Made by a program: the position numbers and the translations under genes. The notes below the pieces were generated by a model. It did no database searches and was not told where the DNA came from. It worked only from the letters and a program-made list of their open reading frames with translations. From Eledone cirrhosa (Eukaryota), in assembly GCA_964016885.1 (NCBI GenBank), contig OZ024741.1, positions 390,786,001-390,850,000 on the forward strand: 64,000 nt of DNA, given 5' to 3'. Shown here piece by piece: positions 26,390-40,509 of the stretch (positions within the stretch are counted from its first letter, which is position 1; each line of letters opens with the position of its first letter).

Positions 26390-26997
26390 GGTGGCTGCCA
26401 ACTCGTTTTCGAGTACGGCCACTACTTTATATCCATGTAGGAGAACCCCTACCGATGCGCTGAACGAATGTGACTTTTTAGTCCAGCCAGCGACTTGAAA
26501 ACTCTGGTACAAAGACTACACTTGTGACCATTATTGACACATAGTGCAGGGCACATGGTACCATGTGATGACAAGTGCTGAGAGATCTCCAGATATAAAG
26601 CAATGCCTGTGCTGTGAAGCTTTTATAGTGAGCAAAGGCACTGCACAAAGCCAGTCCCACTCTCTTAACCAAGATGATATTTACCAAAAAGAAGAACAAG
26701 TCAACATCATTGGATACCATCAGGGTTGCAGGTGTTATATCAGAGTTTTCCTTCTCCTAGAATTCTGCCTTGACAAAGGCTAAGGGGTCATCTCTCCCGG
26801 TGATTTTGGATGGCTATTGACTCTTAAGAGCTCCCTTGCCCTTTGACAGGTTTTGTTTTTAGTCCTGCAGGATGTCCAAAGTCACCCTCCTCACCAAGAA
26901 ACCTTGGTGGTGTTGCCAGTTTAGTCGCCAACGACCCGACCATGAGACAGGTTGTACTGGGATACATGTTACCAGTAGCACCAACTGGTGACCTGAC
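26390..26997 (-). mobile_element. 5' leader fragment of another RTE-like element
   Basis: Contains ctaggagaaggaaaactctga, a motif I recognise from RTE 5' UTRs; first 120 nt strongly self-complementary. Confidence 0.55.
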
Positions 26998-28007
<1,010 letters not shown>

Positions 28008-28860
28008 TCATCATCATCATCATCATCACCGTTTTACGTCCGTTCTTCCACGCTAGCATGGGTTAGACGGGTTGTCCTGTTGTGGGCAGTGTCTGGTCGG
28101 CTGACCATGCCTTGCTCATACAGGAACTGATCTGGCTTGATTTCTACAGCTGGATGCCCTTCCTAACACCAACCTCATTTACAGTGAGTGCTGGGTGCTT
28201 TTTCGTGGCGCCTACACGTCCACTTTACAGTGTGGGCTGGGTGCTTTTTTGCCGTGGCACCTCCACGACCACCTTGCGGTGGGGGGGGGGGGGGGCATAT
28301 TGTTTATATGCTTCAGCATGTACCCATGGGAGGTCGGGTACCCTGTATTACTGCGTGACGCCAGAAGTCACGGTCGTGTGTCATTGACTTTGAGAGGTGT
28401 AGTTGGGTAAGGTCGGCTTTTATCACCTCATCCCAAGTCATCTTGGGTCTCCCCACTCCGCGGTTTCCGTCAACTTCTAGTGCTCTGCACCTTTTTATGC
28501 AGCTGTCATCCTTCATACGCATCACATGTCCATACCAGCGTAACCGCCTCTCCTGCACGCAGCATTTGATTCCTCTTATGCTCAGTCTCTCTCTCAATTC
28601 ATTTATGCTTTGTCGTTCACGTATATTACTGTTATACATCCATCGGAGCATGCAGGCTTCGTTTCTCTCTAATCTACGTAAGTCTTCCACCTTCAGCGCC
28701 CAGGTCTCACTACCATGCAACATCGCTGTTCGGATACACGCATCATACAGTCTGCCTTTCATTCTGAGGGAGAAGCCTTTTGCAGCTAGCAGTGGTAGTA
28801 GTTCCCTAAACTTCTTCCATCCCGTTCTTACCCTAGTTATTGTACTTTCTGAGCACCCAG
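28008..28860 (-). mobile_element. RTE family C, 5'-truncated
   Basis: GCSESTITRVRTGW...QGTRPPMGTC plus 3' UTR and (GAT)n tail. Confidence 0.93.
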
Positions 28861-29286
28861 TATATAGACATATATAGTATATAGACATATATAGTATATA
28901 GACATATATAGTATATAGACATATATAGTATATAGACATATATAGTATATAGACATATATATGTATGTAGATATGCATATGTAGATATGTATGTATATGT
29001 ATATATGAATATGTATGTATCCATATGTGTATATGTATGTATCCATATGTGTATATGTATGTATGTGTATATGTATGTATGTATGTATGTGTATATGTAT
29101 GTATGCATATGTGTATATGTATGTATGCATATGTGTATATGTATGTATGCATATGTATATATGCATGTATGCATATGTATATATGCATGTGTATGTATGT
29201 ATATGTATGTATTTGTGTGTGTGTATGTATATATATATATCTATATATATATATCTCTATATATATACATATATATATATATATAT
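28861..29286. repeat. Higher-order TA/TATG microsatellite
   Basis: Repeats of tatatagacatatatag and atgtatgcatatgtgt. Confidence 0.9.
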
Positions 29287-29462
29287 TTTGACTTTGACGA
29301 TTTTGATTTTGTATCAGTACTGTCGGTAATATATGTATATATATGTGTTTGTGAGTGGTGTGTGTGATTGTATGCATGAATGAGTGTTGGTATGTGTGGT
29401 TGTGGTTTGTATGCATGAGTATTGGTGTGTGCGTCGTGTCAATAAGTTTTTTTTTTTTTTTT

Positions 29463-32400
29463 AAATTTTTCTAATGACCATGCTGTAAAATGGAGGGGTA
29501 GAGAGGGCCCTTGAGTCTAGTAAGACATCCTCTCTAGTGCTGGTGGCACAAATAAAAGCACCCAGTCCATGCTGTAAAGTGGCGCTGGTGTTAGGAAGGG
29601 CATCCAACCAGTGTATCAATGCCAAAACGCTTATCAGCACAGCAACAAATAGGAACAACAACAAAATATGAAGACGTCGCATCTCAGTGTTGCAACACTT
29701 AATGTTGGCACTCTCAGAGGTAGATCTGCTGAAATAGCGGAGATGCTGGAGAGAAGGCAGGTGGATGTGTGCTGCGTGCAAGAGGTGAGATGGAGAGGTG
29801 CCTCTGCGAGACTAGTCGTAGGCAAGCGTCTTAGCTATAAGCTATTCTGGGTAGGTAAGGATGATGGGTTAGGGGGAGTAGGCATTTTCCTGGCTGAGAA
29901 ATGGATCAATAAGACAATAGAGGTAGTTCGAGTTAGTAATCGAATAATTAAGCTTAGATTAGTTGTAGGTAGGAGACTACTGACAATCATCTCGGTCTAT
30001 GCTCCCCAAGCAGGCCTAGGCAAAGATGAGAAAGACTGCTTTTATGAGCAACTTTTGCAAACAACCACAATGACAGAGGACGGAGGCATCGTTATGCTAG
30101 CAGGAGACTTCAATGGTCATGTTGGACAGCTCCAGGATGGTTACACTGGGGTACATGGTGGGCACGGTTACGGTTCAAGAAATGAAGGAGTGAGACTTCT
30201 TGAATTTTGTGATGCGAGTACATTGACTATTTGCAACACAAACTTCCAGAAACCTGCCAATCACCTAATAACCTACAAATCTGGTGAGCACATAAGCCAG
30301 ATTGACTTCCTGCTAGTTAGGCAGCGGGACAGGCAGATAGTGTCTAATACCAAGGCATACTCTGGGGAAGAATGTACCCCACAGCATAGGTTAGTTGTTA
30401 GTGATATCTCAGTAAGCAAGAGATGGAATGAGACATATAGGAAGGTGTGGAGAAGAAAGGTCTGGAAGCTAAAAGACCTTTCACTAAAATACAAATTTAG
30501 GAAAGCCCTTCAAGATGTATATGACGATTTAGAGACGTATGACATAGATAATAACTGGAATTTCTTACGTGACAACTTGCTGCAGGCTACTGATGAAACC
30601 TGTGGCTGGAGCAGAGCTCCAACCAGACAGAGAGTGACCTGGTGGTGGAACAGCACAGTAGATAAGGCTATTAGAGACAAAAGACTAGCATGGAAGGCTT
30701 GGAAAAAGGGTGGGAGTAGGGAAGAATATACAGCCACTAAGAGAGAAGCTAGACGTCAGGTGTACTTAGCACGCAGGGAGGCAGAGAGTAGGAGGTTTGC
30801 CAATGTTCTGCGACGGGAAGATCAGAGGCGTGCGGTGTTCCACATTGCAAGGCAGTGTGTCAATGCAAATCAGGATGTTGTTGGAGATAAATGTGTCCGG
30901 GATGATGCCGGTGTACTTAGTGTCACGAATGACCAGAAAAAGGAGGCCTGGAAATGTCATTATGAGAGACTGATGAATGTGGAGAACGAATGGGAGAGAG
31001 AGAAATTACCCTTGGTAGATCCGACAGAGGGACCAGCTATTGAGATTGACGAATATCGGGTCCAAGAGGCGATTAGGGAAATGAAAAATGGTAAGGCGGC
31101 CGGACCATCGGGAATAGTTGCTGAGATGCTGAAGGCATCAGGGGACGTAGGCACTAAACTGGTGCAGCAGTATTCTCATAAATTGCTACAAAGGTAAAGG
31201 GGATGCTTTGGAGAGGAGCAATTATAGGGGTATAAAACTGATAGATCAGGTTATGAAAGTGGCAGAAAGGATTTTAGCACAACTAATTAGAGAAAGGGTC
31301 AAACTAGATGAGATGCAGTTTGGTTTTGTGCCTGGGAAGAGTACAACAGATGCCCTCTTCTTGGTGAGACAAATGCAAGAGAGATTCTTAGAGAAGAATA
31401 AGCCACTATACTTAGCCTTTGTTGACCTAGAGAAGGCCTTTGATAGGGTACCCCGATCTGTCATCTGGTGGTCCCTAAGGAAGCTAGGTGTTGAGGAATG
31501 GCTTGTGAGGACAGTGCAAACTTTGTACAGAGGTACTCTCAGTAAAGTCAGGGTAGGAATGGAGTTTAGTGAGGAATTCCAGATACAACTAGGAGTACAT
31601 CAGGGTTCGGTCCTCAGCCCGCTCTTGTTCATTATAGTCCTCCAAGCCATAACAGAGGAGTTTAAGACTGGCTGTCCATGGGAACTTCTCTATGCTGACG
31701 ATCTGGCTCTTATAGCAGAATCAGTAGAGGAGCTAGAGAATAAGTTCCGGCTATGGAAACAGCAGTTGGAAGCAAGAGGACTGAGAGTAAATCTAGCTAA
31801 GACAAAAGTGTTGATGAGTAGAAAAGAGGACAAAACCCTGATTCCGTCAGGGAAATGGCCATGTTCGATATGCAGAAAAGGAACTGGCATAAATTCTATA
31901 AAATGCACACAATGTAGGTCCTGGGTACACAAGAGATGTAGCGGGATAGCAGGCAAACTAACAGGTAGGGAGAAATATGTATGCAGTAGATGTACAGGGA
32001 AATTAGACAGTAGAAGTCGCACTGATAGACACATTTTTCAAATGCGAGAGGGCGCTATAGAAGTGGTGGATAGCTTCCGGTACCTAGGAGATCAGATTAG
32101 CATGGGAGGAGGGTGTTCCGAGGCCATAGTATCTAGAATAAGGACGGGTTGGAAGAAGTTTAGGGAGCTGCTTCCTCTGTTGACGAAGAAGGGTTTCTCC
32201 CTGCGTACGAAAGGCCGGTTGTATGATGCCTGTGTGAGGAGCGTGATGCTGCATGGTAGTGAGACATGGGCAGCAACCGCAGAGGATATGCGACGGCTGG
32301 AGAGAAATGAGGCAAGCATGCTCCGTTGGATGTGCAGTGTAAATGTGCGTGAACGACCCAGCATAAATGTGTTGAGAGAGAAACTGTGTCTGAGAGGGAT

Positions 32401-32689
32401 AGAATGTAGTGTACGGGAGAGGAGACTGAGGTGGTATGGACATGTGATGCGCATGGAGGATGACCGATGGGTGAAGAAGTGCCAGGAAATGCCAGTTGAA
32501 GGAAGACGTGGTAGAGGTAGACCACGAAAAACATGGGCGGAGGTGGTGAGAACTGACCTCAGATCATTGAAGCTCACGGTGGAGATGACGAGGGACCGTG
32601 ACGAGTGGAGAGATGCTGTGCTGAATAAGACCCGTCCCACCCTTGCAAGCAGGGAAAAGCGGACGTAAAATGATGATGACGATGATGAT
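29463..32689 (+). mobile_element. Full-length RTE LINE family A
   Basis: Short 5' UTR, ATG at 29668, APE+RT+PHD, 3' stem-loop and (GAT)n tail. Confidence 0.95.
29668..32668 (+). pseudogene. Family A endonuclease/reverse transcriptase ORF split by one deletion near 31160
   Basis: NVGTL, QEVRW, GDFNGH, IDFLL, QHRLV (APE); VDLEKAFD, HQGSVLSP, YADD, FRYLG (RT); ORFs 29668-31197 and 31208-32668. Confidence 0.93.
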
Positions 32690-33399
32690 ATACTGTATGT
32701 GTGTGTGTGTCGGGTCTTTTCTTCGTTCAATGAGCAATGTAGTTCTGTTGCAGAATCAGGTTGTTGGTGTCTAAATTGACATTCACCAAGCTAGGAACCT
32801 GGCATACATTTTTCTCTCAAAAAGTCAGGTGAACCCATTATAGGGTCCATAACAGTCTCGTAATAACAGAGGACTCAGGAATTCCATTGTGCAAGACCAC
32901 TGAGAATGAGGCAACCGTTTTCTTTTGTTAAACCATGTCTCTAGGAGAAGATCACTCCTATATAAAACCTATTGTTAAACCATATCTCTAGAAGATCATT
33001 CCAATATAGAACACGGTGTTCAAGGAATTGGTCTTAGTCATTTTGGAGATCTTTAGGTTCCACTGAAAATTATGACACTCCTGAACCTCCGACTTTTTAT
33101 TGACATCAGATATCTTGTTTTGGTCTCTCGATGATGCCAATAGGGAGGAGAGAGTTTGAGGAGTTGTGCAAGATTTATTGGATGTAAAATTTCTGCACTG
33201 GTATTCATTATTGACTCTGTTGCCTTTTATTTTTCTTAGTTCAGCAGCAATGGGAGATGGGCAATGTGTGTATATTTTATGAGTTGGAAACATAGTGGCT
33301 ATGGGTACACCTTGATGAATCAAGTGTTCAAGGTTTCTAGAGTTCTTTGATGTAAATGGACTTCGTGCAAAACTGTTGTTCAGAAAACTGTTGAGCAAC

Positions 33400-33660
33400 T
33401 TGATTACCTACCAATCAGATAAACATGCAAACCTGATTAATTTCATTCTCATTAGAAAATGGAATAGACAAATGGTCTTAAATACTAAGTCTTTTCCTGG
33501 AGAAGAATGTACTACCCAGCAATGATTAGTCTGGTAAGAACCAGACAGACTAAAGAATATGGAACAATCTGCCGGAGGAGAATATGGAAACTAAAAGATC
33601 CCCATGTTTAATATAAATTCAAAGATCCTCTACATGATGTGTATAAGGAGATCTATACAT
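33400..33660 (+). mobile_element. Degenerate RTE endonuclease fragment
   Basis: Similar to 30260-30520. Confidence 0.65.
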
Positions 33661-33664
33661 TAAG

Positions 33665-34215
33665 AGGGCAGAGGATTGGCAGTATCGGACAACATGATTT
33701 GCAGCATAGTTAAGTTTTTTTAAGCTTTGATTTCAAATCCCACTGAGGTTAGCTTTGCCTTTTATCCATACGGGGGTCGATAAAATAAAGTACCAGTAAG
33801 GCATTAGGCTTGATTTAATCGACTTTCCCCATCCCCCAAATTGTTGGCCTGGTGCCTAAATCAGAAACCATTATATGACATTAAGAAAGCAAATTGGCAG
33901 TCGTTAGGATGTCAGATAGAATACTTTGCGGTATTCATTTTGGCTCTGCTCTCCGAGTCCAAATCCCAATGAAGTCAACTTTGCCTTTCATTCATTAGAG
34001 ATTGATTAAAAAAAAAAAAATGTACCTGTCTAGTACTGGGGTCGATTCTTTCTCTATATCTCTTTCTTACTTCCTTTTTTTCACTTTCTATCCTTCTCCG
34101 GAAGAAATCTGCTGTATTCAGGCCTGGAGAGAAGATGGACACTGCTAGGTTTAAAAATACCCTAGAAACACTATGTCAATATGGTGTCCTTGCAGCACCC
34201 TCAGGAGTCACGCGA
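33665..34215 (+). mobile_element. Two adjacent tRNA-derived SINEs
   Basis: ttggcag heads, ttcaaatccc B-box, gcctttcat...gtcgataaaataaagtacc core; second copy's body matches 5810-6050. Confidence 0.7.
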
Positions 34216-34353
34216 CCATGCATACATTATAAGAGAGTATTTATTTTGCATTCATAACAACTGTTTCTATATAATATTGAAGTTTTTTTGTTGTATTTTG
34301 GTAATTAACATTCATATATTTTGTAATAAATATTCCACCTTAACTTTTGACAG

Positions 34354-34456
34354 GGGCCTGCACCACCACCACCAAACCCACGTCATAGACGATCAAAGTC
34401 TTCCTCTAATGCTGAAACATGGTTGGAACACAGGGGCCGAGACCATGAACAACTTG
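34354..34456 (+). CDS. KIF23: KIF23 tail exon with RHRRSKS...WLEH motif
   Basis: cag acceptor, gtaaat donor; GPAPPPPNPRHRRSKSSSNAETWLEHRGRDHEQL matches the MKLP1/pavarotti RHRRSRS...W(V/L)(D/E)H motif; phase 0 in, 1 out. Confidence 0.9.
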
Positions 34457-34460
34457 GTAA

Positions 34461-37431
34461 ATCATCATCATCATCATCGTTTAACGTCCATATTCCACGC
34501 TTGCATGGGTTTGGACGGGAGTTTTCCCACTTGAGGCAAGAGTGGTTGTCTTGCTCGCATAGGACTGTCTGGCGGGTTTTCTACAGTTGGATGCCCTTCC
34601 TAACACCAACCACATTTACAGTGTGGGGCTGGGAGGTTTTTACCATGTTGCCTACACGGCCACATTACAGCGTGGACTGTCTGGCGGGTTTTCTACAGCT
34701 GGATGCCCTTCCTAACACCAACCACATTTACAGTGTGGGACTGGGAGGTTTTTACCGTGTTGCCTACACGGCCACATTACAGCGTGGACTGTGTTTTTTT
34801 GTCGTGACACCTACACGATCTCATTTGTTTCGGCCTGGATGTTGTGGCACCAACATAACTTTACATTGAAAGGGGCGGTGTGGATGGGGTGGGGGTGGTG
34901 GGACGGGGGTGTATTTTGTTAGAGATGCCTGCTGACTGTAGTAGGTTTTACTTTGTATTTAGGTAAGGCGGGTCTTCTCTATTACTGAGTACCGCCAAAG
35001 GTCTCGGTCCAGTGACATTGTCTTGGAGAGGTGTAAGTGTGTGAGGTCGGAATTTATCAGCTCGTCCCCGGTTTTTCTGGGTCTGCCTACTCCGTGGCTA
35101 CCATCTATCTTTATTGCCCTGTACTTTGCTATACAGCTGTCGTCTTTCATGCGCATCACGTGACCATACCAACGTAGCCTTCTCTCGAGTAAACAACATC
35201 TGATCCCTCTTATTTCTAATTTTTTCCTTAGTTCGTTTATGCTTTGCCGTTCACGTATATTACTATTACACATCCAGCGGAGCATGCAAGCTTCGTTCCT
35301 CTCTAGTCTGCGTATATCTTCTGCACGCAATGCCCAGGTCTCACTGCCATGCAACATTGCTGTTCGTATGCAGGCATCATACAACCTGCCTTTCATTTTT
35401 AGGGAGAACCCTTTAGCGGCTAATAGTGGTATAAGCTCTCTGAACTTTTTCCATCCAGTTCTGACTCTAGCTACTGTACTTTCAGAGCACCCGCCCCCAC
35501 TGCTGATTTTGTCACCCAGGTAACGGAAGCTGTCCACTATTTCTATAGAACCCTCTGCGCAATTGAAAGAGCTAGTATTCTGTGGGCACTTGCTGCTACT
35601 TATTGCATCAGAGCACCGGCCACATGTAAAATCTGTGTTCTTAGTTAGCTTACCTGTGATCCCACTACATCTTTTATGCACCCATACTTTGCATTTGGGA
35701 CATAAAATGGAGTTTCTACCTACGCCTTTCCTACACACTGAGCATGGCCATTTCCCGGAAGGGACCGCCGCCTTATTTTCTTTCCTACAAACTAGAACTT
35801 TAGTCTTAGCCAGGTTAATTTTAAGGCCTTTTGATTCTAGGCCGAGCTTCCATGTTTGGAATTTCTTCTCTAGCTCGGCCATTGATTCAGCTATGAGCGT
35901 TAGATCATCTGCGTATAGGAGTTCCCATGGGCAGCCGGTCTTGAACTCCTCTGTTATAGCCTGAAGGGCAATAATAAATAGTAGGGGGCTGAGAACAGAG
36001 CCCTGATGGACACCAACTTTTATGCTAAACTCTTCACTATATTCGTTGTTAATTCTAACCTTGCTGACTGTTTCTTTATACATGGCTTGTATAGCTCTCA
36101 CAAGCCATTCGTCAACTCCTAGTTTTCTAAGAGCCCACCAGATAATGGAACGGGGGACTCTGTCGAAGGCTTTCTCCAAGTCGACAAAGGCTAAGTATAG
36201 GGGTTTACTTTTAGTTAGGTACTTCTCCTGTAGTTGTCGTACAATGAAAAGAGCGTCTGTGGTACTTTTGCCTGACACAAACCCGAACTGCATTTCATCT
36301 AGATCGATTCTCTCTCTGATTAGTTGCACTATTACTTTTTCCGTGACCTTCATGACCTGGTCGATTAATTTAATGCCTCTATAGTTACTCCTATCTAGGG
36401 CGTCTCCTTTACCCTTGTAACAGTTAATGATGCTGCTGCTACGCCAGTCCTTCGGAACAACCCCATTCTGTATGACTTGGTTTACTAACCGGGTGACCAT
36501 GGTGTGTCCCACCGTTCCAGAGGCCTTCAGCATCTCAGCAACTATTTCCGAAGGCCCAGCCGCCTTACCCGTCTTCATATCTTTGATTGCCTTACTTATT
36601 ATACTACCTTCAACTAACACTGCTGGTCCCTCTATTGGATCGATCTGGGGGCGACTATCCTTCTCCCATTTATTCTCCTCATTTAGTAGCCTCTCGTAGT
36701 GACACTTCCAAGCGACCTTCTTATCAGTGTCAGTGATGGCGAGTACGCCATCATCATTTAGTACACACTTCTCCCCAACAATATCACGGTTTTCCTTGAC
36801 ACATTGCCTAGCAATCCTGAACACCTCACGTTTTTGGTCCTCGCGTTGTAGAACATGCTTGAACTTTCTTTCCTCTGCTTCCCTTCTTGCGAAGTACACT
36901 TGTCTCCTAGCTTCCCTCCTGGCCACTTGATAGTCTTCTCTACTTCCCCCATCCCGCCATACTTTCCAAGCCTGCTTTTTGGCCTTAATCGACTCCTCCA
37001 CCTTACTGTTCCACCACCATGTTACTCTCCTCCTGCCTATAGGCCTGCTCCGGCCACAGACTTTGTCTGCCGCCATCAGCAGGTTTGCTTTCAGGAATTC
37101 CCACTGTTCCTCTATATTGTACGACTCTAAATGCTCTTCCTTACTGTCGAAAGCATCAAGTAATATGCTTTGAAATTTATTTCTGGCTGTGGGGTCCTTT
37201 AGCTTCCATATTTTTCTCCTGAGGATAGTCCTCTTCTGCTGTCGAGTACGTCTCGTCCTGACTATGAGGTCGCTAATTATCAGTCTATGTTGGGAGGTGC
37301 ATTCTTCATGGGGGAGGGATTTAGTGTTTACAACAGTCACTCTGTCACGTCTTCTGGTAAGGATATAATCTACCTGGCTGGTATGTTCCCCTGATCTGTA
37401 GGTGATCAAGTGATTGTCTCGTTTTTTGAAA
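34461..37431 (-). mobile_element. RTE family B, 5'-truncated, 816 aa open frame
   Basis: ORF 34959-37409 nearly identical to 55838-58813; tail starts just inside a KIF23 intron. Confidence 0.95.
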
Positions 37432-39290
37432 AGGAATTACTAATTAATTAGTTTGTTTTTAATTGATAAGTTACAAAGAACAAAACAAAAAGCTATTGTT
37501 CAACATCCTAATATTCAAGTTGAGGTCCATTTTTTAAAACTTAGATTGATGTGTGTACAGAACTACATGGTTCTTGGTTTGAGCTAGCTGTTTGGCATCT
37601 TGGCTATGTATTTTCTATCATAGCTTTGGGTTGACTAATACCTTTTCAGTGAAATTTAGATGGAAACTGTCAAGACACCAGAAGAGTCCTTAGATTACAA
37701 CAGATAAACCATTTCCACCCAAATCCTTGTTATTTTTTTGTTTCTGGATAGCTATACACACCCCCTCGGCAGTTTGTGCATCTGAATTACATGTTTAGGT
37801 GTTGCTAACTATTGAGTCAGTCTGGTCTGTCAGGCTGGTTAGCTGATGACTCATGATTGAGCAGATTTTCAAAATGGTCAGACCAACAGCCAAGATGGAC
37901 ATTTAGGTTGAGATAACAGCGCCTTGAGCATCAAGGATTGTTTCACTTGTAACTTAGCTACCCTTTGTAGTCAATATTCAAAGTTAGTAAAATTTTAACA
38001 AAATCCTGATAGAAGCTGCATGCTCCATATCTAGAATGATGCTATGCCAATATTCATTGCAATCTGCATGAACTGTCTCTCCAGGCTGTCTGCCTTCTGA
38101 GAAGCCAATGATTAGTAGCATCATGTAAGGTGTTTATGCTGTTGAAAGAGCACCCAGTCCTCTCTGTAAAGGGGTGGTGTTGGTGTCACAAGAAAACGCA
38201 TGCAGTCCCCCTGTAAAGTTGTGTTGATGACATGACAACTTTACTAGGGAACTGCGTGCTTTTTGTCATGTTGGTGACATGACAAAATGCACCCAATGCA
38301 ACCTGTCAATTGGTTGGTTTGGGTGCCATGATGAAAAGCACCTAGTACACACTGTAAATGTGGTTGGCGTTAAGAAGGGCATCCAGCTGTAGAAACCAAG
38401 TCAGAAATAGTTTTGTATAAGCAAGACATGGTCATCTGACCTAACGTGACTCGCAGTGGGACAACTCATCTAACCCATACTAGAGTGGAAAAATGGATGT
38501 TAAATGGTGATGATTGTTTTAGGCAAATTGGACTTCTCAGCAAGTTTTATTGTACACCTTAATAGCTGCCTGAAGGTTGCTCTAGAACTGGTCTTTCACA
38601 TGATCATCACCATCCAGGACTTGTGCTAAGACTGCTCTGACAGAAATGTTATACACGGTGCTCTAAAGATTCTTCTCTACCCTCCGTTGTAACTGTTTAA
38701 TTATCAGCTCCTTTACAGAGTGTATTGAGTGTATTTTTTAACCAAAGCAAGTATTTCTAAACAGAGCAAACAATGTTGGAGAGACTGTCATGCTAACAGT
38801 ATCATCATCATCATCATCATCATCATTTTAATGTGTGCTTTCCATGGTAGCAAAGGTTAGACAGGTCTTCATAGACCAAGTTAGTACTGAAGTGGGGGTT
38901 ACTGATCTCCCAGACAGGCCAGGGATCTGCATTTGGTATGGTCTTTGTTCTACAGAGTGCACAGGACATGACGGAGGAGTCCTCCCAGCCTTTGTTTAGC
39001 AAGCTTTCTACGGTTGTGTGCCCTTCCTATCACCAACCACTTTACAGCGTGTACTGAGTACATTTATTGTATAGATCACTAGGGTGGTTTTCATGTCCTA
39101 GACATGACTGAGGGCTTTCCCAACCCTTTGTTTAGCAAGCTTTCTATAGCTGGATGCCCTTATCACCAACCACTTTACAGTGTGTACTGGGTGCATTTAT
39201 CGTGTAGATCGCCAAACTATCCTTAGTTGAAATGGTGAAATCATAAAAAGTGTTTATAATGTTCTTTTCCTATTTTTTTTTTCTTTGTAG

Positions 39291-39430
39291 ACACTGTCAT
39301 GCAACCGAAGCTGAAGAAGAAACGATCAGTGACTAAACTGACTGAGAAAGACACTAAAGAGGTATCCAAGTATTGCCTTAACCATCAAGAGTTAGGATCA
39401 GATGGAGAAATACAAACTAAACTGTTTAAG
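39291..39430 (+). CDS. KIF23: KIF23 C-terminal (Arf6-binding) tail domain exon
   Basis: Long T tract + tag, gtgaca donor; DTVMQPKLKKKRSVTKLTEKDTKEVSKYCLNHQELGSDGEIQTKLFK resembles MKLP1 TVMQP...[21 protein letters not shown]. Confidence 0.93.
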
Positions 39431-39539
39431 GTGACATTTTTTTTTTCCCACCTTGAAATGATAATACAACTTTATAGATGTATTATGCTACATGGAACCG
39501 GCTCAGTCTCTGCCTTGTGAACGTTCATCCCCCTCTCCC

Positions 39540-39915
39540 TTCCGTAGACGTTCAACATGATTTCAGACGGGGTCATGCGCTGGCTCGACCAGCACTGTCT
39601 GGCATGTTTCCGCTTGGCTTCCCAACCCTACTATGATGCTTGGCTCAAAGCAGTTCCATCACTTGGCACTCAGCTGGACAGCGACTGTTTGCACATCGGT
39701 GTTACCACTGTGGATTCTTTCGGTCTCTACCCACTGTTATGCAGTTACAGTGCTGGCCACAGCTACACCATGCTACTCTCAACAAGATCATAAAGCATGG
39801 CCTGGACGGTGCCAGTTTCCCTTCTCAGCTCAAGGCAGCAAGGCTAGACCAAGGGAATGACAAAAAGGCAGACATGACAATTTTCCTGTTCCGCGGAGGT
39901 AGTTGTTTGGACATC
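39540..39915 (+). mobile_element. CRE-like (restriction-like endonuclease) non-LTR fragment
   Basis: AWLKAVPSLG...HATLNKIIK...RLDQGNDKKADMTIF resembles the AWL...H..LN...RPDG region of CRE elements; decayed. Confidence 0.55.
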
Positions 39916-40172
39916 ACTTTCTCTCTATTTCGTTAAAAATCTATTTATTTATTTCTGTGTAATTTACCAAATTCTTACTTCAAAGATGGTAACCAGAACT
40001 GAATGAACCTGACGTTTACTGGGAACATTGGTGAACACTTCGTGACTTGAGTTACGAGTTACAAGAACTTGGTGTATATTTGTGTGTGTGTATGCATGTG
40101 TGTGCATTTATTTCATTTTTATCCCAAAGCACTTATTCTCCTTGCTTCTGTTTAGTCTTAAGTTAAATGCCA

Positions 40173-40414
40173 ATTTTCTGTCTAGTTAGTTCACCACTGA
40201 TAGCTCCATTACATAATTCTGTCTAGTTAGTTCACCACTGATAGCTCCATCACATAATTCTGTCTAGTTAGTTCACCACTGATAGCTCCATTACATAATT
40301 CTGTCTAGTTAGTTCACCACTGATAGCTCCATTACATAATTCTGTCTAGTTAGTTCACCACTGATAACTCCATTACATAACTCTGTCTAGTTAGTTCACC
40401 ACTGATAGCTCCAT
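40173..40414. repeat. 41 bp minisatellite, about 6 copies
   Basis: ctgtctagttagttcaccactgatagctccattacataatt repeated. Confidence 0.95.
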
Positions 40415-40509
40415 GTTTGAGCTAGAATGGACTGTGTTATTCCGCAGTGATGAGACTAGTTGTAGTTTGGTGTAGGATAAAGTGTCATTTCTTTTGATCT
40501 GATCTGTAA

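Noticed and set aside
29446-29462. Poly-T before full-length A as an inverted poly(A) or TSD
   Set aside because: No matching duplication at the 3' end; cannot be interpreted from one copy
32988-33398. 136 aa minus-strand ORF
   Set aside because: No recognisable motif or splice context; probably a repeat remnant
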